DNA of 62,942 bases from Minisyncoccota bacterium (GTDB lineage: Bacteria > Patescibacteriota > Minisyncoccia > Phycocordibacterales > Phycocordibacteraceae), in NCBI GenBank assembly GCA_041663025.1, contig JBAZRE010000004.1, forward strand, positions 1 to 62,942, given 5' to 3'. The notes under the pieces were generated by a model. That model saw only the letters and a program-made list of their open reading frames with translations. It ran no database searches and had not been told where the DNA came from. The position numbers and the translations under genes are program-made. Below, piece after piece: positions 26,417-34,960 of this stretch (position 1 is the first letter of the stretch; each line of letters opens with the position of its first letter).

Positions 26417-27610
26417 TTAAAACTCCTGGAAGCTTGAAGGGAGATTCACCGTAACTGATTTGCTAACCGGAGAGCCATTGGTCTGACACGTGATGGTGAA
26501 CACAGTCCGTCCAGTGATTGGGTCAGATACAATATCCGTGCCGCTGAGACCATTTTTCCATGCAGTGCCATTTTGCGTCACTGCACAACTCAGTACCTCA
26601 AGCGATGTCCACGTTATTTTTGAGGTTGAGCCGGATGGTACTCGCATCGGGTTTGCGCTGATAGAAACATTCGGCTGCGTCACAGTTACGGTCACATTAG
26701 AAGGAGATGATGGCGTGTCGTCAGAACTATAACAAGTGATCGAATAGGCCGATGTGGCAGATGGACTTACCGATACACCCGTACTGTTAGCGGCCGCAAC
26801 ATGTGTCATTGGATCGTTTGCAAATATGCAGTACGTCGCATTCGTAGAACTCCACGTCAATGTTGCCGATTGACCGTTGTCGATGGTCGCCGCGCCCGCG
26901 CCATTGACGAGGAGTGAGGCGGTTGGAAGGAACACGTCGCATGCTGGTGGGTTGGTTGCGCCATTGCTACACGCTCCACTCGTACATCCCTCGAAACAGG
27001 TGACGCAACTACTCTCATTCCAGAATAATGGATCGGCACAGGTGTTGCAGGTTGGATAATTGTTTGCACCGTTTACACACGCCATCGCTTCTGCCACGAC
27101 GCCATATCCCGACCCACTCCAAGAAATCCATCCAACTACGTCAGAGCCCCAAGAATATCCTGCGGCGGCATTTGCGGTGAAAGTGACGCTTGGTGACCAA
27201 GGACCGGATAATTTTATCCACCCGTCCCAGCCGCTTCCGTTCGCAGAAAGTGCCTTTGCCCAGCCGGTTACCGCTCCGGTGCTGGTGTTGAGATTCGGCT
27301 GTGTCGTGCACCCAGATTCCGGACATCCTGAAGTCTCGTTAAAAGAGATCCAGCCGATATTATCGCTCCACGCGTAGCCAGAAAAATTACCTGTGCTCGC
27401 GTTGATGTTCACGCCATAATCCACCGCACTGCCGTCAGAAATATTGTTAAAAGAGATCCAGCCGACAGTATCGCTCCACGCATAGCCGGAAACATTTTGA
27501 CCTGCACCCGCATGAGCAGTAGGGATTTGCAACCACTCTTCTTGACGAATACCCACTACAAAAACGAGTGTGGCGAGCAGCACAAGAGTAAGGGCGAGAC
27601 GTTTATTCAT
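26417..27610 (-). CDS. Secreted repeat protein (GYAWSDxxGWISF repeats + Ig-like modules)
   Basis: Signal-peptide-like N-terminus; three SGYAWSD..GWISFN-type repeats; ATLTWSSTNATYC module. Confidence 0.65.
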   Translation of the reverse strand: MNKRLALTLVLLATLVFVVGIRQEEWLQIPTAHAGAGQNVSGYAWSDTVGWISFNNISDGSAVDYGVNINASTGNFSGYAWSDNIGWISFNETSGCPESGCTTQPNLNTSTGAVTGWAKALSANGSGWDGWIKLSGPWSPSVTFTANAAAGYSWGSDVVGWISWSGSGYGVVAEAMACVNGANNYPTCNTCADPLFWNESSCVTCFEGCTSGACSNGATNPPACDVFLPTASLLVNGAGAATIDNGQSATLTWSSTNATYCIFANDPMTHVAAANSTGVSVSPSATSAYSITCYSSDDTPSSPSNVTVTVTQPNVSISANPMRVPSGSTSKITWTSLEVLSCAVTQNGTAWKNGLSGTDIVSDPITGRTVFTITCQTNGSPVSKSVTVNLPSSFQEF

Positions 27611-27981
27611 GGCGCTTTTTGTTGCATGGCATCAAGCAGTTTCTGCTTTTCGTCTGGAGAGACGACTGGGGCGGGGGCGGCAGCTGCCGCGCCCTTCTTC
27701 ACCGCCGCGGTGGTAGAAGCCGGTTGAGACATCTGATCAAATAACTTCTTTTTTTCTGCATCAGACGTAACAGTCGTTGTGGCTTGCCTCGACATTTCGT
27801 CAAAGAGTTGTTGCCGCATCTCCGCGGGAGTCTTGGCCGCACTTCCCTGATACCACTTCCAAGCGAAAACAGCGGCGGCAATCGCGAGAACGATCAAGAG
27901 AATCACCGCAAAGAGTTTCAATAGATGCTTGCTACGCATCCCCACTTCCGGCTGTTGCATGTATCCGTCAGGAACATTCAT
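27607..27981 (-). CDS. Membrane-anchored hypothetical protein
   Basis: 124-aa ORF with one TM helix. 4-nt overlap with the downstream gene. Confidence 0.55.
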   Translation of the reverse strand: MNVPDGYMQQPEVGMRSKHLLKLFAVILLIVLAIAAAVFAWKWYQGSAAKTPAEMRQQLFDEMSRQATTTVTSDAEKKKLFDQMSQPASTTAAVKKGAAAAAPAPVVSPDEKQKLLDAMQQKAP

Positions 27982-27984
27982 TGT

Positions 27985-30051
27985 TTATTTTTGCTCGAGC
28001 GCCTTTATTCTCGCTTTTAGATCTTCAATTTCCTTCTGCTGCGCCTTCACCGCCTCAATCAATGGACCGACGAGATTCCCGTATTGCACGGACTTGAGCC
28101 CAGTTGATGGATTAGTACTCACCAGGTCTGGATATACTTGCTCTACTTCTTGGGCGATAACGCCGACACTTGGTGTGCCGTCCTTCAACCAGTTAAACTC
28201 TACACCGCGAAGTTTGAGCACATTATCCAACGCATTTGGGAGTGTTTGAATATTCGTCTTGAGCGATGCGTCAGATGGATAAAGGAAGGATGTGGCCTGT
28301 ATATCGCCGTTTACTTGAAGCTTATATGCCGGATTATTCGTCCCGATGCCAACGAAGCCGCCGGATGCAATTCTCATCACTTCTGTATTATTGGGACTAA
28401 ACGTCATATCAACTCCAGCAACGCTGGAAAGTTCCAAGGTATTTTGTCTCCCGCCTGCGAATGCTGTTCCTATATAACTTACATAGCCTCTGCTGGCACC
28501 GCCTTCCGCGAAGATGATTTGGTTGTAAGATGATGTCGTTGGATGGTCTAATTTTATTGCTTTAGCATTGCCATAAACGTCAAGCGATTCGCTCGGACTC
28601 GCCGTCCCGATGCCAACGTTACCAGTTAGGAGTGAATTGCCTGTGACGAAGAAATTGCCATTGGCAGTTGAGCTGCTGCCATCGCTCGTGATAGTAGAAT
28701 TCCCAAGAGTAGTTCCGTTCGGCGTGTAGCGGGGGACGTAACCAACCGTGCCAGAACCTCCTATAGTCCCTCCGCCCGATGTAATGCAAGTGCCGTTCAC
28801 CTTGAAGCAGCCAGTCACATTGACATCGCCAGCGACATCAAGCTTATATGCCGGACTCGCTATCCCGATGCCGACTTTGCCGTCTGCCACCCTCATCACT
28901 TCACCATTATTCACGAAAAATGTTAATACGTTGGCGTTTCTTGTCCATATTCTATCAGTTCCATCGCCCATCGGCCCAATAACAAGATTCCCACCGTCAG
29001 CGTTAAACGACTGCGCATTGACTCCCCCATTCACGTTTAGTTCGCCACCGAGGGACACGCTTTTATCGGTGTTGAAGATGGCGCTGTAGGTGGCACAGTT
29101 GACAGACGCACAAATCTTCACTGGCCCTGAGACGCGGTAATTTATTTCAAGAGGATCGCCTGTTACGCCTGTATTTAGTGTGTCTATGTATAGATCAACG
29201 TTTTTTACTCCGTACGTTGTGTCTCCTCCGAAACCAATAACCGAGCTGGCATTCATCGTCCCGCCGGCGAGAGAGAGTGTGGAGCCCGATGCGGCAATAC
29301 AGGTGCCATTCACCTTGAAACAGCCCGTCACATTGACATCGCCTGCGACATCAAGCTTATACGCCGGGCTCATCGTCCCGATGCCGACTTTGCCGTCTGT
29401 TATCGTCATCACTTCAGCATTATTCACCAAAAACGATAGAGGAGTTGTATCTCTTGTCCAAACTCTATAGGTTCCGCTGACTGGGCCAACAACAAAATTC
29501 CCGTTTGCGATGCTGAATGATGCCGCGTTAACGGTACCGTTCACATCCAGTTTGTTTGTCGGGCTCGCTATCCCGATGCCGACGTTGCCGCTTGCCTTTA
29601 ATACGGTCAGGACATCTGAATTTGTTCCAAAACTATATAAGTTAAAGTTACTGTTCCCTATACCTCTCGTGCCAGCCAACCAATCCATCGTTGATCCAGT
29701 AGTGTATTTGATGGTAGCGCCTTCAGAAGCCGTAGGTCTGATCAACGATATCTGTGGGTCGACTCCACTCAAAGAACTTATAGTGAGCATGCTTCCCGGA
29801 ACCGCCGTACCGATGCCGACGTTGCCGAATGGCACCGAGAATCCAGTCGCAAACGTTCCGGCGGCATTCACCATCAGGTTGCCGTCTTTGCTCTGGAAGG
29901 TGTTGCTCACGTTGATTGGCGCATCGACATTCCCACTCGGCGGAGCAGAGGTTGGGCCAGTCCACGCATAGATCGTGCCGGCGAAGGCGAAGAGTCCGAT
30001 GGCGACGACGGTTATCTGGGCGACTTTGATGTATGAGTTTGTGTGGTTCAT
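27985..30051 (-). CDS. Tail-fibre-like surface protein with a C-terminal S74 / endosialidase intramolecular-chaperone-like domain
   Basis: N-terminal anchor then AWTGPTSAPPSGNV; repeated GNVGIGT modules; C-terminal DASLKTNI...LRGVEFNWL...GVIAQEVEQVYPDLV...LVGPLIEAVKAQQKEIEDLKARI. Confidence 0.75.
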   Translation of the reverse strand: MNHTNSYIKVAQITVVAIGLFAFAGTIYAWTGPTSAPPSGNVDAPINVSNTFQSKDGNLMVNAAGTFATGFSVPFGNVGIGTAVPGSMLTISSLSGVDPQISLIRPTASEGATIKYTTGSTMDWLAGTRGIGNSNFNLYSFGTNSDVLTVLKASGNVGIGIASPTNKLDVNGTVNAASFSIANGNFVVGPVSGTYRVWTRDTTPLSFLVNNAEVMTITDGKVGIGTMSPAYKLDVAGDVNVTGCFKVNGTCIAASGSTLSLAGGTMNASSVIGFGGDTTYGVKNVDLYIDTLNTGVTGDPLEINYRVSGPVKICASVNCATYSAIFNTDKSVSLGGELNVNGGVNAQSFNADGGNLVIGPMGDGTDRIWTRNANVLTFFVNNGEVMRVADGKVGIGIASPAYKLDVAGDVNVTGCFKVNGTCITSGGGTIGGSGTVGYVPRYTPNGTTLGNSTITSDGSSSTANGNFFVTGNSLLTGNVGIGTASPSESLDVYGNAKAIKLDHPTTSSYNQIIFAEGGASRGYVSYIGTAFAGGRQNTLELSSVAGVDMTFSPNNTEVMRIASGGFVGIGTNNPAYKLQVNGDIQATSFLYPSDASLKTNIQTLPNALDNVLKLRGVEFNWLKDGTPSVGVIAQEVEQVYPDLVSTNPSTGLKSVQYGNLVGPLIEAVKAQQKEIEDLKARIKALEQK

Positions 30052-30093
30052 AAGTGATATTTATTTTTTAAGTATAGTATAAAAGAAACTGTT

Positions 30094-31677
30094 TTAATTA
30101 CTTATTAGATTCAGCGCCGGAAACCTATTACCAGTTCCGAAGTTGTTTTTGAATAAATCAAATTCATCTGGCGACCCGAGCGGGGCAAAATATTCCAGAT
30201 CACCTGAATTGTCGAAGCAATAAGAAGTGCCAAATCTAGTAACCGAATATTTACCTCTTGGGCTCACCTTTGGCTGCACATCACTCGGACTTGTTGGCAC
30301 TTCGTTACGTAGTGTGCTGCCGCTACATGGTTGTGTGGGTTGCCCGGCAAGAAGAGCGTAACAATCATCCTTTGCACCTGGTGCGGGAGTAACGTCTACA
30401 CAGTCATATGTATGATAAGCCCCACAGGAGTCGCCGTGGTCACTACCAATGCAGGTGCTCTCTCCTTCTTGTATCTGCCCATTGCAGGTATAGGGAGCTC
30501 CGCACGCAAATACAGTTCCAGCAGTATTGTTATACGATGGACATTGATATGACCTCACTGTTGGAGCATTCCCAACACAAGACCAATTCCATGGGCCAGA
30601 ACCAGTGACAGTGGTAGGCGTGCCTTTGTCGGGTTCGCAAAGACCCATAGTCGGTGCAGAAGTCAAAGATGCTCCATTTATTGCCGAGCCGCAAACACCG
30701 TCAACTCTACAATAAGGCGTGGCGGTCTTAAGCGGTCCAACGATAGCATTACCAATAGTATGATAATCAATGGAAGGGAAAATTACATCTACTGCGTTGT
30801 CTTTATTTAAAAATTTATTTGCGCCCGGGACACTACAACTAGGGCAATCAGGCCCAAGGTAAGACCCTCCTCCTTCTGAGGTGTCGTATAGAATTGAACA
30901 ACCTGCAATTCCATCTAATGCAGGAGTGGAGCCAGTGTAGTAATCCCCTAAGATTTTTGCCACATAGGCGACATACGAATTACCAGGGATTGTCTGGTCG
31001 ACGAATGTGCAGGTATTGCCTATGCAGAATGTTGAGGCTTTGGCGGTAATTATTATTTTACTCGTGTTATCTGGACCGTAGTGATAAATACTTCCCATAT
31101 AAGTTCTCTCCGAATTAAGAGTATCGTACAGTGTGAAACCATTACCGGCTTCATTTTTGATTTGGTTTATAAACCAGTCATTGAGAGTCGCTTGATCGCT
31201 GCTTGCTGGGATGGTAAAACGATAAATCGCGATGCTTCGGTCAGCCTCGTTAAAACTGGTGTCTGGAATGCAGCTGTTGTTAACATTCAGTTGTGGAATA
31301 TAAAAATGAATCGACTGACCATATCTGCAACTATTCGTTGCAGAAGACACAATTGCCACTGATACACCTCCGGATGAACCGACTCCGCAAATAAACCCTG
31401 CATAACAGGCAACGGCAGATAAGAGAGGATCCCCACCGGTGAATGTTGACGCCACAATTATAGTGCCGAGATTGCCGGTAAGATTGCTGAATGAGCCACC
31501 GATTATAAGCACTGGCGATATGATTGCTAGGGTGACTGACACCAGACCCACGGTAAAAACGTCTGCAATAAACCCAAGCACTCCGCCAGCATGAGCCGTA
31601 GGTGGTGCCCACACTGAAGAAACAGTTATCGCTACAAGCAGAAATAAAACAAAAAACTTTTTTTTAAATAAATCCAT
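30094..31677 (-). CDS. Secreted Cys-rich protein with the shared C-terminal module
   Basis: Signal-peptide-like N-terminus. C-terminal CSGSTLRNEVPT...GKYSVTRFG...EYFAPLGSPDEF module is homologous to the end of 25071..26402. Confidence 0.65.
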   Translation of the reverse strand: MDLFKKKFFVLFLLVAITVSSVWAPPTAHAGGVLGFIADVFTVGLVSVTLAIISPVLIIGGSFSNLTGNLGTIIVASTFTGGDPLLSAVACYAGFICGVGSSGGVSVAIVSSATNSCRYGQSIHFYIPQLNVNNSCIPDTSFNEADRSIAIYRFTIPASSDQATLNDWFINQIKNEAGNGFTLYDTLNSERTYMGSIYHYGPDNTSKIIITAKASTFCIGNTCTFVDQTIPGNSYVAYVAKILGDYYTGSTPALDGIAGCSILYDTSEGGGSYLGPDCPSCSVPGANKFLNKDNAVDVIFPSIDYHTIGNAIVGPLKTATPYCRVDGVCGSAINGASLTSAPTMGLCEPDKGTPTTVTGSGPWNWSCVGNAPTVRSYQCPSYNNTAGTVFACGAPYTCNGQIQEGESTCIGSDHGDSCGAYHTYDCVDVTPAPGAKDDCYALLAGQPTQPCSGSTLRNEVPTSPSDVQPKVSPRGKYSVTRFGTSYCFDNSGDLEYFAPLGSPDEFDLFKNNFGTGNRFPALNLISN

Positions 31678-31711
31678 AGAATCTATCTAGCTGCTCTATA
31701 TATTGTAGATA

Positions 31712-31966
31712 TCATGTAATTATGTAGTGAGGTAAAATTCCTTTACCTTGGAGCCATGGACCTATCCACAGAGTGGCTGCAATAAACCAGGCAACTGCAA
31801 AAATAGCGATAAGAATGCCCTCTTTCCTACGATCCTTCTCTAACGCTAAAGCAATACCATAAATTAAACCGACCGCCACATTAGAAATCGCTGCCACAAT
31901 CCCAATCCAGAACCACTTGCGCCACAGACCGAATTGACTATTTGTTGAAAAGTTTGGATCATCCAT
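31712..31966 (-). CDS. Small membrane protein (hypothetical)
   Basis: 84-aa ORF with two or three TM helices; first gene of the minus-strand surface operon. Confidence 0.55.
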   Translation of the reverse strand: MDDPNFSTNSQFGLWRKWFWIGIVAAISNVAVGLIYGIALALEKDRRKEGILIAIFAVAWFIAATLWIGPWLQGKGILPHYIIT

Positions 31967-32027
31967 ACTGACAGTATATCACTCACCTACTCAATCGCTT
32001 TGGGCGAGTTATCAACAGTGCACAAAC

Positions 32028-32070
32028 CTATAAAACAAGAAGCCCCCCTTCAATCGCTTGAAGAGGGGCT
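32028..32070 (-). terminator. Rho-independent terminator after the metalloprotease gene
   Basis: Hairpin AGCCCC(C)CTTCAA-TCGC-TTGAAG(A)GGGGCT followed on the minus strand by TTCTTGTTTT. Confidence 0.65.
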
Positions 32071-32104
32071 AAAGAGCTGGTGATTCCATCGTAACCTCTG
32101 TTTC

Positions 32105-33349
32105 CTATTGTAATTTGAGTTCGAGAACGTACGTATATTTATTTGCCTCATCGTTCTGGAAGTAAGCCATTTCCAGATCGACAGAAGTATATACGGCCCC
32201 TGCTAACTTCTCGCCCCGATATGCCTTCACTCCTTTGGCATCCCATGGGTCATTGTTTATTATTTTTGCCATTCCGTTTACGTCGGTGGAGAGCGTTTGC
32301 AACACGGTCTCCATGTTCTTGGCAATGACGACGTCAGAATAACCGGTGTTGTCGTACCATATTCCGCCATAGACTATGACCGTAGCGTTTGGGACCGGCG
32401 CGCCAGAAGTGTCAACAACCTTGACCCAAGGTTGTACCAAGTTATGTGCGGCAAACATAACCCCGACAACACTCAATTGGTGATTAGCATTATGGCTAAT
32501 AAACCAACTGTTGAACGGCGAGAACTTGTACTCCTGGATGTTGTACTTCCACACGTCTGAACTGCTCATGGGGTCTTGAGAGAACTGCGCCTTGAAGTTC
32601 AGATCTAATGTTGGCAGTGTACCGCTCTTGTCAGAGCATACCAAGCCGTACCATTCTGGCGCTCCCAACCCAAGTGTGTGACCAAGTTCATGCAACAACG
32701 TAGAGAGCTTTACGTAGTAGGAGCTCAATCCGTTGACTGCTTTTGGTAGGTTATCAATGCCGAGCAGAATGGTGTTTGTCGTTACTTCAGCGATGAGAAT
32801 AAACCCGTATGTCTTCCCATTGATGTAGTTCGTGCCGGCGAGGCCAGTGGATCCCTGGAAAAATTTCGGTAGATTCCCTCCATCTGGTTGAGTCCAATAC
32901 ACCACTGTTGTTCCGCCAACATATGGATTCCCGATGAACTTATTGTCGTAGAAGTAGTCGGGCGTGGTTCTGATGGTGTCGAGTGCCGCCGCGTTTGCAT
33001 AGGTAATAACCTTGCCTAACGCATAACGCTTCTTGCACTCCGGATCCTTCGCCAACACGGCATTAATGTCCGCGACTATCTGTCGAACATTGGTCTCCAA
33101 TTCTGGATGAATATCGGCAAAATCCTTGTTCACCAAGAAGTTGATAGTCTCGGTCAGATCGCTGGCCGGGACTGGGGAAAGAAAAATGTTTGTTTTCGTT
33201 CCAGGAACTGTTGTAGATACCGTTGGAGTAGTAATCGGAGTAACCGTTAGTGTGGATTTACCTCCATCACTTCCGCCGCCCCCGCAACCAGACAACAAAA
33301 ACAACATAATCACAACACACACAATTCTTTTCATCGCACGTACTTTCAT
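32105..33349 (-). CDS. Lipoprotein with a zinc-metalloprotease HExxH motif
   Basis: Lipobox LLSGC; HELGHTLGL motif; 414 aa. Confidence 0.65.
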   Translation of the reverse strand: MKVRAMKRIVCVVIMLFLLSGCGGGGSDGGKSTLTVTPITTPTVSTTVPGTKTNIFLSPVPASDLTETINFLVNKDFADIHPELETNVRQIVADINAVLAKDPECKKRYALGKVITYANAAALDTIRTTPDYFYDNKFIGNPYVGGTTVVYWTQPDGGNLPKFFQGSTGLAGTNYINGKTYGFILIAEVTTNTILLGIDNLPKAVNGLSSYYVKLSTLLHELGHTLGLGAPEWYGLVCSDKSGTLPTLDLNFKAQFSQDPMSSSDVWKYNIQEYKFSPFNSWFISHNANHQLSVVGVMFAAHNLVQPWVKVVDTSGAPVPNATVIVYGGIWYDNTGYSDVVIAKNMETVLQTLSTDVNGMAKIINNDPWDAKGVKAYRGEKLAGAVYTSVDLEMAYFQNDEANKYTYVLELKLQ

Positions 33350-33481
33350 TGCACTTCCCTCCTTCCTTTCAATGTTTTAGGGTTATATCTCTATTTTTTG
33401 TCTCTGTCAGCGAACGACAATCTATTGATTAGTATACGTTATAAGTAGAAACATAGCAAGACCCAGAGGTGCACTGCTACA

Positions 33482-34960
33482 ATGAGGAATATGTGGCTGC
33501 CGGTCGTGTCTGCCCTCGCGGGCATTGTCGTCTTCTTGCCGATGAATTTTTATCCGGCGGCTTTCGTCTTTCTCATTCCACTTTTTATCTTCTTCTTGCG
33601 AGAAGAGAAGCTGTGGCGACTGGTTGTTGGGGCTCTTTTATTCCGCTTGATCTTCTCCATGGGTACAGTTTATTTTACTCTTGAGCCAATCCTCTGGATT
33701 TCTTCTCTTCTCATTTTTTGCGGCCTGCCTCTCTCAATCTTCTTCTTCAAAAGACTCATCTTCAAATTTGCGGACACGGAGTGTCCGCAAATTCCTACCT
33801 CCTGCTCCTGCCTCCTGCTCGTTTCCTTGCCTTTCTTATGGACCTTCTTTGACCTCGCGCAAGCGCAGTATTCTCTTGCACCGATTTATATCGCCAGCGC
33901 CGGCAACGCACTCGGCTCTTCGCCATTTCTTGGGCTGGCAGCTCTCGGCGGGTTCGTCGTGCTCACTTTCTTCGTCGTGCTCATCAACTCACTTCTCGCA
34001 ATTCTTGTTCTGATCTGGCGGCGAAACCCCCAAGTTGCTTGGGGGTTTCGCCGCCAAGTGATTTATGTTCTGATTGCAATTATTGTTCTCCTTTTTGCTG
34101 GCTGGCAAATTGCAAGCTTCGAGCTGCGCCAGAATGCCATTGCTTATGCCGCCCTGCCGAACTCAATCAACATTGCCGCCATTTCTACCAATGGAACACT
34201 TGCTGTCGACCAGCTTGCACAACTCACACAAGAATTGGCCGGCCAGCAACTTGATCTCATCATCTTCCCCGAAGATATCCTCAACCAGCATGTAGGACGT
34301 CCGACGTCCTACATGCTGGGAAACAGCTCGACTGCTGTGTTTCAAGATCTTGCGAAAGAACTTAGCACAAATGTCCTCGCGAGCTACGACACGCTTCAAG
34401 GTACTACCAGCACATTAAAATATGGCTCGACAATCTTGTTTGACCAACAAGGAAGCATTGCCGGCATCCACAACAAAAACCGCCTCACATTCGCAGGCGA
34501 ATACTGGCCTTTCGGCAATTGGCACCCGTCTTTTTACGACTGGCTGAAGACACGGAATCCGAGCATTGGAACCTATGCAATCTTTGACCAGAAGAATGCA
34601 GACACTCCGGGCGAGCAGAATCTGCTCTCATTGGCGCTCGGAGAAAACACCGTGTCTTTTGCCGCACCCATCTGCTTGGAGATTCACTATCCGACTGATT
34701 TGGCAGCATACCGAACGCAAGGCGCGCGCTTCATAATCAACCCTTCAAGTAATCGCTGGATCGGCGGTGGTCTCTCGCATTTCTTATATCTCACAACCAA
34801 TGTAAAAAAAATAGAAAGTGTTGCTCTCCAACTGCCGATTATTTCAAGTGGCGTTGATGACTTCGCCGGCATTATTCTTCCGAATGGACAATCACAGATG
34901 CTTCCCTACCAAACAACTGGCAAAACCTACAACGTATTTTTCGGCACTGTCAGATATTAG
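33482..34960 (+). CDS. lnt: Apolipoprotein N-acyltransferase-like protein (polytopic N-terminus + CN-hydrolase domain)
   Basis: Multiple TM helices followed by IIFPEDIL (Glu), HNKNRLTFAGEYWPFG (Lys) and APICLEIHY (Cys), which resemble the Lnt E-K-C triad contexts. Confidence 0.65.
   Translation: MRNMWLPVVSALAGIVVFLPMNFYPAAFVFLIPLFIFFLREEKLWRLVVGALLFRLIFSMGTVYFTLEPILWISSLLIFCGLPLSIFFFKRLIFKFADTECPQIPTSCSCLLLVSLPFLWTFFDLAQAQYSLAPIYIASAGNALGSSPFLGLAALGGFVVLTFFVVLINSLLAILVLIWRRNPQVAWGFRRQVIYVLIAIIVLLFAGWQIASFELRQNAIAYAALPNSINIAAISTNGTLAVDQLAQLTQELAGQQLDLIIFPEDILNQHVGRPTSYMLGNSSTAVFQDLAKELSTNVLASYDTLQGTTSTLKYGSTILFDQQGSIAGIHNKNRLTFAGEYWPFGNWHPSFYDWLKTRNPSIGTYAIFDQKNADTPGEQNLLSLALGENTVSFAAPICLEIHYPTDLAAYRTQGARFIINPSSNRWIGGGLSHFLYLTTNVKKIESVALQLPIISSGVDDFAGIILPNGQSQMLPYQTTGKTYNVFFGTVRY
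34286..34318. repeat. Family C palindrome, 33-nt perfect copy inside the lnt-like gene (encodes HVGRPTSYM)
   Basis: CAGCATGTAGGACGTC-C-GACGTCCTACATGCTG, read in-frame. Confidence 0.88.

Noticed and set aside
27985-30051. Prophage interpretation of the tail-fibre/S74-like gene
   Set aside because: No capsid, portal, terminase, tape-measure, integrase or lysis genes lie nearby. The neighbours are signal-peptide proteins in one operon flanked by rpmE/prfA and a metalloprotease gene.
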